In this document: one piece after another, positions 14,324 through 27,015 of the stretch
How positions within the stretch are numbered: the stretch's first letter is position 1
Layout: every line of letters starts with the position of its first letter
NCBI GenBank assembly: GCA_964016885.1
Contig: OZ024741.1
Span: 189,472,001-189,536,000 of the forward strand
From: Eledone cirrhosa
Taxonomy: Eukaryota
Direction: 5' to 3'
Length of the DNA stretch: 64,000 bases
Made by a program: the position numbers and the translations under genes
The notes under the pieces: model-generated
Databases searched by the model: none
Told to the model about the DNA's origin: nothing
The model's input: only the letters and a program-made list of their open reading frames with translations

Positions 14324-14692
14324 GTTGTGAGTTCAATTCTCGGACCGGGTGATGTGTTGTCTCCTTGAGCAAAATACTTTATATCATATTGCTCCAGTTT
14401 ACTCAGCTGTGGAAATGAGTACCGGCCTGCCTGCCCAGCCAGTGGGATGGCGTTATCTTATGGCTGGTCACAGCACGACGTGCTGTGACCAGCGGCGCCG
14501 ATTGGCGCCCAACAGACTGGTCGGTCAAGGTGATCAAGGTGATATATATATACACGTTGATACAGACACAGATATAAATATCATCATCATCATCACCATC
14601 ATTGTTTTTATGCCAGCTTTTCCATAAATACATCTAGAAATACATATGGATACATGCATATATATGTTTCATTTCATTAATTCATTTCATTT

Positions 14693-15014
14693 CATTTTAC
14701 GTCCACTTTTCCCTGCTTGCAAGGGTGGGACAGGAACTGATACTGGCTTGATTTCTACAGCTGGATGCCCTTCCTAACACCAACCTCATTTACAGTGAGT
14801 GCTGGGTGCTTTTTTTCCGTGGCACCTCCACGACCACTTTGCAGTGGAATGATAAGGACCCCAGTCCCTATCATCTCATTTCTACAGCTGAGTAAAGTGG
14901 AGCAATGTGAAATAAAGTGTCTTGCTCAAGGAAACAACACATCACCCGGTCTGAGAATTGAACTCACAACCTTTCGATTGCAAGGCCAATGCTCTAACCA
15001 CTAAGCCATGTGCC
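14693..15014 (-). mobile_element. Second copy of the SINE/RTE-tail element, inverted relative to the 13940 copy
   Basis: Reverse complement of 13940-14255. ORFs 13945- and 14765+ give nearly the same peptide. Confidence 0.8.
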
Positions 15015-15769
15015 TCCATATGTTTATATATACATATATATAAATGTGTGTGGATATATATATATACACACACAGATGTGTCACGATAAAAAGCACCCAG
15101 TCCACACTGTAAAATGGTCGTATAGGTGACACAACAAAAAGCAGCTGGCCCACACTGTGAAGTGGTCATGTAGGTGTCACAACAAAAAGCACCCAGTGCA
15201 CCCTGTAAATGTGGTTGGCATTAGGAATGGCATCCAGCCATAGAAACCAAGCCAGAAAGAGTTCTGTGTGAGCAAAACATGGTCACCTGACCCAACTTAC
15301 CTCAAACGGGTCAACCCGTCTAACCCATAGAAGCATGGATGTGTCAAACAATGATGATTATGATATAAATATACATACACATGGTGGTTGCTTCATCTTT
15401 GCAGATGATTCCCATCTCCCTATGCACCCCCATCAACTGTCACCAACTCCAAATGTCTGTTCATCTACATTAGATGGCTTTTATGTCCAGCATTAGATTT
15501 GCACGGTCTGCAGTAAATGTGACAATCAAAAGATGTGCCCTCTTTTGGATTGATTGGCTCAGTTTGTGGGGTGTCATCTTTATGTACCCTCATATGCCTT
15601 TTAAGACCAGAGATTGATTTGTAGATCTTTTTGCACACACACATGTTGTCTCACCTAGATAGAGCTGCATACAGTTGGCTTTTTATGTGATTTTAAATGA
15701 GTGATGTACCCAGATTTAGAGAGCAGTAAATGACCACACACCTCACAAATCTAGCTCCCCATGTTCTTA

Positions 15770-16566
15770 TTGAGGTTCATACTGTGGCCTTTTTGAAGCT
15801 GACATTTAAGTTTTTCTTAGTCAAGATGTCTCTCTTCAAACCTTTTGCAGCTTTCCTTCACATGTCCTCTGCATTTACAACATTTTAAAGCAAACACTTC
15901 CTTGTTCTGAACTTCAAACTGTAGATCTTTAAGGTGGTTTTGATGCAATCTTTATATCTTTTTCTTGGTTTGTGTTGAGGGCGTTTCCCAATGTGCAATT
16001 GGCTGTAAAATAGTTGTTTTGGGGGTCTTTCATCATTCATGTGCACAACATAGCATACCAATGCATTTGAGAGGATATGATGGTAGATTCAATGCTTGTG
16101 CAACCAGCATCTATAAGGATTTGTTTGTCAGATATTTTTGTTTCCATTTGATGTTTAGGATTCGTCTTAAACACTTTTGATTAAAGTGTTCAAGCAAATT
16201 AAGGTGTCTACAATGTACTGTCCACGTTTCCAAAGAGTACAACAGAGCTCACTAATCTTGGTCTTGATATTGATCCATGATCTGCCCACACTCTCTTTCC
16301 AAGTTTTCCGAAGGCTACAGAGGCCTTCTGAATGTGCAGGTGTATTTCTGCACCATCCCTTGATAATGCACTAAGAGGTAAACAAAAATGTCAACTACAC
16401 CCAGCCTAGTCCTATGCACCATTATATTTGGTTCAATATATTCTTCCCCTGGTGATGTGATGAACATTAGCTTAGTCTTTTTTAGATTAATTCTCATGCC
16501 AAAGGCATTACAAGAAGCTGCAAAACAATCCATAATGTGTTGCATGTCATCTTGAGAGTGAGCCAT
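15770..16566 (-). mobile_element. Highly decayed RTE/BovB-like ORF2 3' region
   Basis: AHSQDDMQHIMDCFAASCNAFGMRINLKKTK, plus downstream CTLWKRGQY-like and LKWHT/QGKKRYKD-like remnants. Confidence 0.7.
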
Positions 16567-16915
16567 ATCATCATCATCCTCGATTAACGTCCATCTTCCA
16601 CACTAGCATGGGTTAGACAGGTCCCATTTAGAGGCAAGTTGTGTCAGGTAGCCGTGTCTCGCTCATATAGGGGTGTTTCTGGCTGGTTCTCTATGGCTGG
16701 ATGCCCTTCCTAACGCCGACCACATTGACAGTGTGGACTGAGTGCTTTTTGCCGTGTCTTTTACACATCCACTATACATTGTGGGCTGGGGCATATATGC
16801 TTCAGCTTGTGCTCGTGGGAAGTCAGGTCTTCTGTATTACTGCATATCGCCAGAGATCCCGGTCATGTGTCATCTCATCTGAGAGGTGCAATTGGGCTGC
16901 ATCGATCAGGGATTT
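16567..16915 (-). mobile_element. RTE 3' UTR fragment
   Basis: (CAT)n tail, CTAGCATGGGTTAGAC and GGATGCCCTTCCTAAC motifs shared with the other RTE copies. Confidence 0.7.
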
Positions 16916-17316
16916 TGAGACTAGAAACTGGTAGTGATGTAACCACTACCATGTTAGTCGATATATTGATCTAATGCGATCATTCAACCATCTAATTTAA
17001 ATATATATCAAATCAAAGGTTTCTTATCCGTCCTCTCTCATATGTGAAGTTCATAATTTACACCCGTTGAGAAGCTACTGTATGTATTATGATTTCTTCA
17101 CATTTTGTAGCGAAACATAATATATATTTATCATGTTTGTGTGTATATTGTTATAATGGAGGTTTGTACACTTTGAGTTATTCCTTTAATTAATTTGTAT
17201 ATACCACTTCATTTGTAGTTTTTATGTGCTTTACTAGGGTGGTATTTTATCCCCTATTATCTGACATAATTTATTATGTGCCTTTCTCTCATTACTATGA
17301 TTTATATATATATATA

Positions 17317-17660
17317 TCATCATCATCATCATCATCATCATTTTACATCCGCTTTTCCCTGCTTGCAAGGGTTGGACAACACAGCATCTCTCCAGTTATC
17401 ACAGTCTTTCGTCATCTCCTCGGTGAGTTTCACCGATCTGAGGTCTGCTCTCGCCACCTCCGCCCATGTTTTTCATGGTCTTCCTCTACTGCATCTTCCT
17501 TCTACTGGGATTTCTTGGCACTTCTTTATCCAGCAGTCATCCTCCATGCTCATCACATGTCCACACCATCTCAGCCTTCCCTCCTGCACACCACAACTTA
17601 TATCCAGTTTCTTTCTCAACTCGTCTATGCTTGGTCGTTCACGCACATTGGCATTGCACA
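17317..17660 (-). mobile_element. RTE 3' fragment
   Basis: RLRWCGHVMSMEDDCWIKKC...GRP with a (CAT)n tail. Confidence 0.8.
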
Positions 17661-18398
17661 TATATATATATATATACACATCATCACCATCACTGTTTAA
17701 CATCTATTTTTCTACACTTGCATGGGTTAGATGGGTCATCCACATTATGACAAGTCTGGCCATTTGACCGTACCGTACCTTGCTCAAACAGAATTGCATT
17801 TTGGCAGGGATTTTTACAGCTGGATACTCTTCCTAACACCAGCCACATTTACAGTGTGAAACTGGGTGGTCCTGTTATAAGACAAATCTGGCCAGATGGC
17901 CGGCCGTACCTTACACATATTAGGACTGTGTATTGATTGAGTTTTTATGGTTGCTGGATACCTTTCCAAACACCAACCACCTTTACAGTGGGTGGTCCCA
18001 TTTTGAGGGAGGTCTAGCCAGTTGGCCGTAACATGCTTTGCTCATAGTGGAAACAATCAACCATGTTTACAGTGTAGAACTGGGTGGCACCATTAGAAGG
18101 GGGGGGGGTCTAGTCAGTTTGCCGTGCTGTACCCAGCTAACAGTGGAATCGAAAATTGGGAGCTGGGAGGTCTCATGAGGGAGGTCTGGCCTGTTGGCCA
18201 CACCTTGCCTTGCTCATAATGGTGTCGTGTAACTAGGCGGTCCTGTAACGAGGCAAGTCTGGCTAGATGGCCGACCCTATCTTGCTCATATAGGGATTCA
18301 GTTTGCCACCTTGTACCCTGCTCACAGTGGAACTGTAAATTTGGGAGCTGGGTGGTTCCAGTATGAAGGAGGTCTAGCCTGTTGTGCCCTGCTTTGCT

Positions 18399-18482
<84 letters not shown>

Positions 18483-18515
18483 CACACACACACACACTCA
18501 TATATATATATATGC

Positions 18516-18576
<61 letters not shown>

Positions 18577-18623
18577 ATAAATAAGTGAGGCGGTTTTATT
18601 TGTACATCTTCATTTTATTGTCT

Positions 18624-18698
18624 AATTCATTATACCTATTTCAAAGTTGCAAAGGTAGTTATATAATAACCACTCTACATGTTTTCTTCAGATGAATT
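18624..18698 (-). ncRNA. Minimal type I hammerhead in a Penelope-like remnant (~18590-19080)
   Basis: Minus strand: AATTCAT-CTGAAGA...GAAA-TAGGTA-TA-ATGAATT. It has a 7-bp stem I, a short helix III and a weak stem II. Confidence 0.6.
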
Positions 18699-19298
18699 GA
18701 GATGTGTTTTTCTATCATTGATATGCTACTGGTTTAACATGTCATTACTCTCGCTGTCCAGTACTCATATGGATTGTTTCTTATTATAGCAGTTATATTT
18801 GGAGGAGGAGACAGTAATGTTGCTAGCTAGGGTATCAAATTACCAGAAGGGTTATTTGTTTCTTAGAATGGCTTGAAAGCACTGTTAATTTGCTTTTTTT
18901 TTAAATTTCTGGACTTAATTTTACGTATTTAGATTTCAATTGTAGGTATTAATAAATTGATAGTGAGGTTACAATACCGGGCGACACCTTACAGAGAAAA
19001 TAAATACAAACCGTAGAGTGCTACACCTCTGTTTACAAAAAAGTCAGCAGATTTTTATCAACCAACTTTCATCAACTGAATAACATATATATATATATGT
19101 GTGTATATATATGTGTGTGTGTATGTGTGTGTAGATTCCCATAGGGAATCGGAGAATTGACCACAGTTAAAGAAGGTACTCAATACATTTGTAGAACATA
19201 AGCATCTTTATTTTATATAGAAATGACTTCTATAAGTGTAGAACTGTTTGATTCAGTAAACAGTTCTGTAAAAGTCGTTTCTATATAAAATAAAAATG

Positions 19299-19330
<32 letters not shown>

Positions 19331-19331
<1 letters not shown>

Positions 19332-19533
19332 ATTAAAGATGAGAGATCGAAGTTTCTGTTCAACATATTTTATTCATAATCATGCATAAGATGTTTCCCA
19401 AATGACCAACTCAATGCCTTAATCAAATACAATCAGCTTCGACTCTGGGATCGATTTGTTCATCAGAAGCACATGTTACATGGGATTATGAATAAAATAT
19501 GTTAAGCTGAAACTTCAATCTCACATTGTTAAT
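19331..19533. repeat. Short inverted-repeat unit with degenerate hammerhead core (minus)
   Basis: 19331-19381 is approximately the reverse complement of 19484-19533. The minus strand has CTGATGA-aCAAAT...ATTTGg-GAAA. Confidence 0.5.
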
Positions 19534-19589
19534 ATAAACAATCTGCTCCTTATACCAATTAACAATTATGAACATGGTAAGTAACTGCT

Positions 19590-20680
19590 GTGGCATCTCG
19601 CGCTTTTCACTTGCTCTCAGGAGTGATTTTAAATAGAATAAAGGCTAACTTAGTGAACACTGTGTATCCTGAAAGCCAGTGCAGTTTCAGGGTTGGCCAT
19701 GGAAGTGTAGACATATTTAGATTGCAGGAAGTGCAGGATAATGCTCGCGAACATGAAACGATCACTACAAAGTATTTGTTGATCTCACAAAGGCCCTTGA
19801 TACAGTAACTCATGAGATACTATGGAAGGGCTTGGTAAAGCTTGGGGTACTTGCACAACTCTTTTGTATGTGGCAGAATGTTAGACCTCCTATTGGAAGC
19901 ATATCAATCAATTAAACAGTTTTCATGTGAGATGTCTGAGAAATTTCACATGCAAAATAAAATGGAATGATAGAGTGAAAAACAATGATAGCTTGTCTAT
20001 TTATAATATCACTAGCATAGACACTTTCCTAATCAACACTCAACTGAGGTGATGCAATCATGTTTTATGAAAGAATGATGATAGAATCCAAAAGCAAGTC
20101 TTTTATGGACTATTAGAAAATTCAAGACATAAGATTCATAGAGCATTACTACATTATAAAAACAAATTTAGGGATAATTTAAAATACTTCAACATAAACA
20201 GTAATGACTGAGAGGATATTGTAAAAAATCCTGAAATGGTTGAAGATTGTGCCATATAGGACTAGTAAATTTTAACCTTTTAGCATTTAAACTGGCCATA
20301 CAGGCCAGAATTCTCTCACCTCTTTCTGTTCAAACCAGCCATAACTGGCTGCTCATATTTATGTTAAGGTATTGTTCTCAAAATAAATAATTTTAAAATC
20401 CCGTAGATTCGATATTATGTGAGATAATTATGTGAAAAGAGTGTTTACCATGAAAATACAATAGTAAATATAGAGTAATGTAAATGCTAAAGGGTTAAAG
20501 CAGAAAGAGTTCTTCATCAAAACCAGTTACATGTAAACAGTCAATGAAATCATCAACAAATGAATAATCTGGCAAACTATTACTGACCCAATTGCTACAC
20601 AAAGTAATGTAAATGTGACATGTGCGATTTGTAAGTACCTATGTTAAGCACATACAGGACTAAAGACTGAAGCATAGTCT
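19590..20680 (+). mobile_element. Decayed RTE/BovB-like ORF2 with internal deletions
   Basis: ILNRIK...YPESQCSFR.GHGSVD, then DLTKALD- and LNSFHVRCLR-like remnants. Confidence 0.65.
20276..20494. mobile_element. piggyBac-like MITE (~220 bp) inserted in the RTE
   Basis: TTAA-CCTTTTAGCATTT...AAATGCTAAAGGG-TTAA; two more copies lie in the window. Confidence 0.8.
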
Positions 20681-20810
20681 CCCCATTGAATAAAATTCTT
20701 TGTACATATTTAACTTGTAAACAACGAAAACAAGTTAACTATATTGAGTGTAGGTGTTGTGTTAATATTGTATAATGGGATAATTCTCTGTGTTTGGTAG
20801 ATTACATATA

Positions 20811-20842
<32 letters not shown>

Positions 20843-22118
20843 CTGTTTAATGTTTATTTTCCATGCTTGCATGGGTTAGACGGCTGTCGCATGCTGAGGC
20901 CACACTGGTCAGCTAACTAGGTTCTGCTCATACACTTTTTGGGGGGGGTTTGGTTTCTACAGCTGTATGCCCTTCCTAAAGGCAACCACATTACAGAGTG
21001 TACTGGGAACATGGTTTCTATGGCTGGATGCCATTCCTAACAGCAACCACATTACAACAGATACTGGAAGCATGGTTTTTATGGCTGGATTCCCTTTCTA
21101 ATGGTAACCACATTATAGCAGATACTGGGAGCATGGTTTCTACAGCTGGATGCCCTTCCTAACAGCAACCATATTACAACAGATACTGGAATCATGGTTT
21201 CTATGATTGGATGCCCTTCCTAACACCAACCACTTTACAGCAGATACTGGAAACATTTTATTGTGACTCTGACACTACCACCTTACAGGGTGAACTAGGT
21301 GCTTTTTGCCATGGCACCAGCATTACCACTTTACTGGGTGGACTGGATACTTTTATTATAGCATTAGGGTGCTCAGTGCACTGCGGGAGATTGAGGCTGG
21401 AGGGGGAAGGAAGTAATGGTGGTGGCCTAAAGGGGAGCATTTATATACTGCTTGGGACATGTGGTTGGGTGGGTGGTTTCTGTCATTTTGGGCATGTCCC
21501 AGGCTTCCCTGGGTTGGGAGAGTGTTCCGGTGCAAGGGTTGAGCAAGGAAGGTGAATCAGTCGGGGTTCCTCTTAGATTTCCATACCAGCATGGGTTGCA
21601 TGAAGAGGTCAGAAGTATATTGGCTGATGAGGACCTGACAGTTACTCTATTTCCCTGCTTCTTCGGGTTTAGGATGGAGAAAAGGACCAGTGGCATGCTG
21701 GCAGGTATATCAGGAGTGTACTGGTGTATGGGTGATGGGACTGAAGTATTGTAACACCTCTCTGTTACTTCTGGTTAGGGTGGAGGGTGGTAGGTGGAAT
21801 AGCCATCTTGCTTTTGCAGCATTCATTCCACTTGCATGGGAAGGCAAGTTCCTTGTATAATGGAATATCGCCATTTTTTTCGGTTCTTTGTGAGGTACAG
21901 CTGCTTGAGGTCAGCCCTCAGTGCATCATCCCAGGTTTTCCTTGGTCTACCCCTTCCAAGGGTTCCTTTCACTTCAAGTGCCCTGTATTTTTTATGCAGA
22001 TGTAATTCTTTATACATATGACATGTCAATACAATTGCAGTCTCCTCTCCTATACACTGTACTTAGCGACTCTTCTGCCCAGTTTTTCTCTCAGCCCATT
22101 GATACTTTGTTGCTCTTT
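20811..22118 (-). mobile_element. RTE 3' fragments including a ~60-bp tandem array (~20950-21250)
   Basis: ORF 21823-22029 contains GRGRPRKTWDD. (CAT)n tail at 20811. About 5 tandem units of GGTTTCTAnnGCTGGATGCCCTTCCTAACAGCAACCACATTACA. Confidence 0.7.
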
Positions 22119-22309
22119 TATACTACTACTAGCAGAAGTGCCCGGCATTGCTCGAAGTTTAATTGCTTTAAAGTACTTTTAATGATTCCACTCAATTATG
22201 AATATTGAGGCATTGAAAGTAAATACGGGTAAGTTTGAAAATATACAACAATAGCATCTACTCACTATATGTCAGACTGGCAAGACTGCAGTGGTGCTGA
22301 ATAGAGGAG

Positions 22310-23910
22310 TCACAACACCTCTCTGTAGACCACATTTTTTGTTCTGCCTTTGGGTGCAAGTATGAATAAGTTCTGCTTGCATCCCACTCTTGAGTATGCG
22401 ACGTATAATTGGCCGTGTGAGAAGCACGGCTGGGCTAAATGCAGGCCTGCTGTTGATAGCGTTTGGCCTTGGGACTTATTGATTGACATCGCGAAGTAAA
22501 GTTTAACGGGGAATTGAAGTCGGCGCAGAGTACAGGGGCATTCCGTACCTGATGGAGTTAATGGTATTCTGGGTATGAAGACGTTTTCTCCAGCGCCGCA
22601 GCCCGTGAGAATTGTGGCTTCAATTACATGCGGCAGGAGGTTTCTTACCACTAACCGTGTTCCGTTGCAGAGACGTGGTGGTTCCAGGTTCCTCAACAGC
22701 ATGACTGGAGTCCCAACTTTGATGCGCAGTTCATGAGGTGGCAGTCCAGAGAGGTCCAAGGAATTGTAGGTACGGAGGTTTCCAGGAATGCGTTGCAGAA
22801 GGTCCTCATTGATTTTTGCAACTGAGACATTTTTGGGAGCCAATATGGCTCTATCACAGAGCCAACTCGTGTTTTTGTAGTTGGTCGCCATATCGGGAAA
22901 GACAGAGGCTGTGAGGTCGTCAACAGTGTCGACAACGGTGTCTACTTGCGAGACTGCCATTTCTCCAACTGCATCTGAAGGTGCAGTGCCGTCACCAACT
23001 GTTAAGAGGTCCTTTGAGAAGTCGGCTGCTGAGTGGTCACCGAGCAGTTGGGCACTCATGTTTGTTGTGAGGGTCAGGATTGTCACTTCCTTCCACAGGG
23101 GAGATGACTTAACGCAAGCCCCCACAGTGTCGGCCCTGGTGGCTTTTGGAACAACTGGAAGAGTTTGTCGAAAATCGCCATACAGCAGTAGAGGTACTCC
23201 CCCCATCGGCCGGTTGCATTCCCTGATGTCTCGTAGGGTCCTGTCTAATGCCTCAAGGGACCCTTTATGGGCCATTGTGCATTCGTCACACACAATTAGG
23301 TGGCATCTTTTCAAGACTTCAGCTTTGTCAGAGTCTTTGGTGATGTTGCAGGTAATTGTGTCATCTGAAGTCGTGTTGAATGGCAGTTTAAATGCGGAAT
23401 GAGCTGTCCTACCTCCAGACAGCAGAGTTGCGGCAATGCCAGAAGCCACAGCCAGGGCGATTCCTTTCTGCTGTCGCAATTTGGCGAGGAGGAGTTTATT
23501 GACGAATGTTTTACCAGTTCCTCCTGGGGCTTCCAAAAAGAAGATACCTCCTCTGCGTTGACGAATGGAAGTGCAAACTGTGTCATACGCCTGCCGTTGG
23601 TCCTGCAACAATTTCGGCTTGTTTTCGTTGATGAACAGTTCGAGGGCGTGGACGTCGTAGGCAGTTTCCTGAATTATGCACGTCGGAAGTTTGTCGGAGC
23701 CCGTTCGTTGACCTTTTGGCAGTCCATAGAATGGAAGGTCATTTCCGCCGGCAGTTAGGATTTTGTCCTCGATGTCAATGAGAGCTTTGTTGAAGAATTC
23801 GCCGCTGAGTCGTACATCGGAATGAGGGAGTAGCAGTTGTCCTTGGTGTATGTAGTCATCGGAAAGGTCCTCTTTGTATTTGTCCCATAAGGATGCAGGG
23901 TCGCTTAACT
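22310..23910 (-). pseudogene. Helitron Pif1-like SF1 helicase domain
   Basis: APGGTGKT, DECTM, GDFRQTLP, RLCNGTRL, INKSQGQT and HGQLYVA. Confidence 0.95.
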
Positions 23911-26900
23911 CAGTGGTCGCCAACATGGGTTCCGCAAAACAAACTCCGGGTTCCTTAAAAAAATAAATATTTACATTACCATTAATATTTTGGGTTTTCT
24001 GAAAAAGGTGCAAAGAAAATGCAAAAGGTGCAATGTATAAATGAACAAGTACTATTGTAGTGTACACAGGTTCCCCACTCCAATTCGTGGAAAACACTAC
24101 TTTCAGTTTCTCACTTGAATTAGCAGAAAAACACTGTTCTGAGATTCGTGGAAATTGAATACTTTCAATTTCATCAATTCTTGGAAAGACATAGTTTTCT
24201 GAATTCTGAGAATTTGACTACTACTAATTGAACTTAGAAATTGACCAATCACGAACAAGTAAATGTTGGTCGATGACAGCATAACTTTAAACTGAAAACT
24301 TCAGTTCAGCGAGGTCTCTCAGCCAAGAGACAGGGTCAGTTCGCTGTTCTCACAACGTAAGTTCAGTAGAATGTTTTCAATAGAGAACACGTTTTATCTG
24401 CTGTCCTCACAAAAGCTTTAAAGTCGTCTAAAGTTTCCTCACTGAGTGAACTCGCTTACTAGTCGTTTTCAACATGCATCCAGTTCCACAGACAATTCTA
24501 AATAAGAACACGTTACATTCTGTTGTACTTTGCACAGAAAATATAACGCCTGTAAAGTTTAGACTACTAACAAAGGTAATTTTGTATTCCATGCATACAC
24601 TATAAGCTTTGCCACACAATTATGTATTCATTTGATGACATCTGCATTCACAATTGAGAAATTACTTTATACAATAAATATATATGTCCACAAACATTTG
24701 ACTAAACTTTATTTGTTCCAATCTAATATATGTTTAACGCAGCCTAAAGCCTTCTTATATTATATCTAACTTTGAGTCAAAATAGATAGAAGATATCTGA
24801 ATTAATTTCCAATACCATCGTCACATCTACACTATCAGCTGATTTGCATTTTTTGCACCTTTTAGTATGGCGGATATTTAAATATATTTACATTACCAAT
24901 AATATTTAATACGACCCTAAAGTAGTATATGCAGGAAGTGCTGGACTCTGAAAAAAATTTCTTCTAGTTAACTGTAGATAAATAACGTTGATATGATGTC
25001 TACTGCAAAGAAGCTGAAGTTAGATACCAGCAGTAAGGTTAGACAGTGGTGTGATGATTATGTTAGATAAGGATTTCAAAAAGCTGACACTAAAAAAGAT
25101 ACACCAGATCAGCCCATGTGTTTGCTATGTTCAAAAGTTCTATCAAATAGCTGTTTAAATCCTGCAAAACTTAAAAGACACATTGATACTAATCACACCA
25201 ATGATAAAAACAAGTCACTGGAATACTTTACTTCGCTGAAAAACAACATAAAAAAATCACAAGCTAATATGTATGACTTGTTTTGTAAAAAGTCAGATAG
25301 AAATAAAGCTTTAACAAGAACATCTTTTGAGATTTCACATTTGATTGGTAAAAACAAGAAACCATTTACATTAGGAGAACAGTTAATTCTGCCAAGTATA
25401 AAAATTGCTACAGAGAATCTTTTTGAAAGCTGCAGTATTAAGGACAAAGAAAAATTAAGCCAGTTACCATTGTCAGCAAATACCGTAAAAAGAAGGATAA
25501 TTGATATTTCTTCTGATATAGAAAATCAGATACTAACTGCACTAAAGAAAAGCACATGTTTTGGTCTGCAAGTAGACGAAACTACGGATATTAATAACAA
25601 GGCTCAATTAATTTGCTATGTACGGTTTGTAGACCTTGATAAAAAAGAATTAGTAGAAGAGTATTTGTTTTGTCTGGCATTAGACATCACAACTAAAGGT
25701 CAAGATATATTCAATAAAATTGAAGAGTATTTTTTAAAAAATGGTGTATCTTGGAGCAAGTTGACTTCAATAACAACAGATGGAGCAGCTGCAATGACTG
25801 GTAAAAATTCTGGTTTGATTGCAAAAATTAAAGAACAGACCCCAAATTGTATTTCAAACCATTGTATGATTCATCGAGAGGTTTTGTGTTAAAAAAATTC
25901 AAAGACAGAAATGCTCAAATATTAAATGACCAGCTGAAAGACATTGTCAAAATTATCAATTTGATCCATGCAAGAGCAAAAAATTCTAGAATGTTTGAAT
26001 CTATTTGTGAATCTTCTGGAAGTAATTATAATAGATTATTATTGAACAACGATGTGCGTTGGCTGTCTTTTGGGGATGCTATGAAGAGAGTTTTTGAACT
26101 GAGAGAAGAAATAATAGTTTTTCTAAAAAAACAGAATGATGAAAGAGCAAGTGTATTAGAAACCAATGAATGGAATGTGCAACTCGCTTATTTAGTAGAC
26201 ATTTTTGGTGAACTGAACAAACTAAATAAGTGACTTCAGGGTAACAATGCAGATATTTTTACTTCAATCAATTTTATTACATATTTTCAATCAAAATTAA
26301 ACATCTTTATAAAAAGAATTGAATCGGACAATTACTTTCAAACCTTGAAATAGAGCTTAAAAAGAGAGAAAATTTTGACTCCAGCAATCTCAAGAAGATT
26401 ATTCTTTCTCATTTAAATGTGCTTTCCACAGGTTTTTCAGATTATTTTGACTTGATGGAAAAATATATTGTTAGCGGAAATTTATGGATAAAAAACCCGT
26501 TCACCGAGATCGAGCAGTTAGTGTCAGAAAATGACGCTGGAAATTGTAAACATTTACTACCTGCCCAATGCTTACATCAGTTGATGGATTTGAATTCAAA
26601 CGAAGACCTGAAAGTAATATTCGAAAGCAGAAAGAAAGAACTATGGATCGACTTATTCTTGATTGGGGAGTTTAATGAAATCAGCTAACTTGCATTGAAG
26701 TATTTGACTTTATTCCCATCTAGCTATTTGTGCGAAAAAGGGTTTTCGCAGTTGGTGGAAATCTGCACAAAGAAGAGGAATAAACTGTCAGCAATTGACG
26801 AGTGTATGAGACTGTCGATTTTCTAAACTCACTGATGAGGCGCAGCAGCAGAAAAGCCATTGTGTTCGATTACATACACACGCATGAAACACTAAAATAA

Positions 26901-27007
26901 ATAAATACTTTATTATTTTTTTTGAAAAGTTTTGTATTGTATAGGTTCCGTGAAGAATTCAAAATATTTAGAGGGTTCCTCGGTTTTAGAAAGGTTGGCG
27001 ACCACTG
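23911..27007 (+). mobile_element. hAT (Buster/Charlie family) DNA transposon
   Basis: 14-bp TIRs CAGTGGTCGCCAAC / GTTGGCGACCACTG. 8-bp TSD GCTTAACT/ACTTAACT with a central TA. Confidence 0.95.
24993..26830 (+). pseudogene. Disrupted hAT transposase (ZBED5/SCAND3-like)
   Basis: BED finger CLLC...LKRHIDTNH, LQVDETTD, TTDGAAAM, HCMIHRE, RWLS and YLCEKGFS; broken by stops and frameshifts. Confidence 0.9.
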
Positions 27008-27015
27008 ACTTAACT

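Noticed and set aside
14463-14492. Palindrome GCTGGTCACAGCACG-A-CGTGCTGTGACCAGC as a terminator or ncRNA
   Set aside because: It lies within a SINE-like body following a partial SINE at 14321-14420; there is no independent evidence of function.
23911-24097. N-terminal extension of ORF 22310-24097 as a novel helicase fusion
   Set aside because: The first ~62 aa are read through the hAT left end by chance. True Helitron sequence starts at ELSDPASLW.
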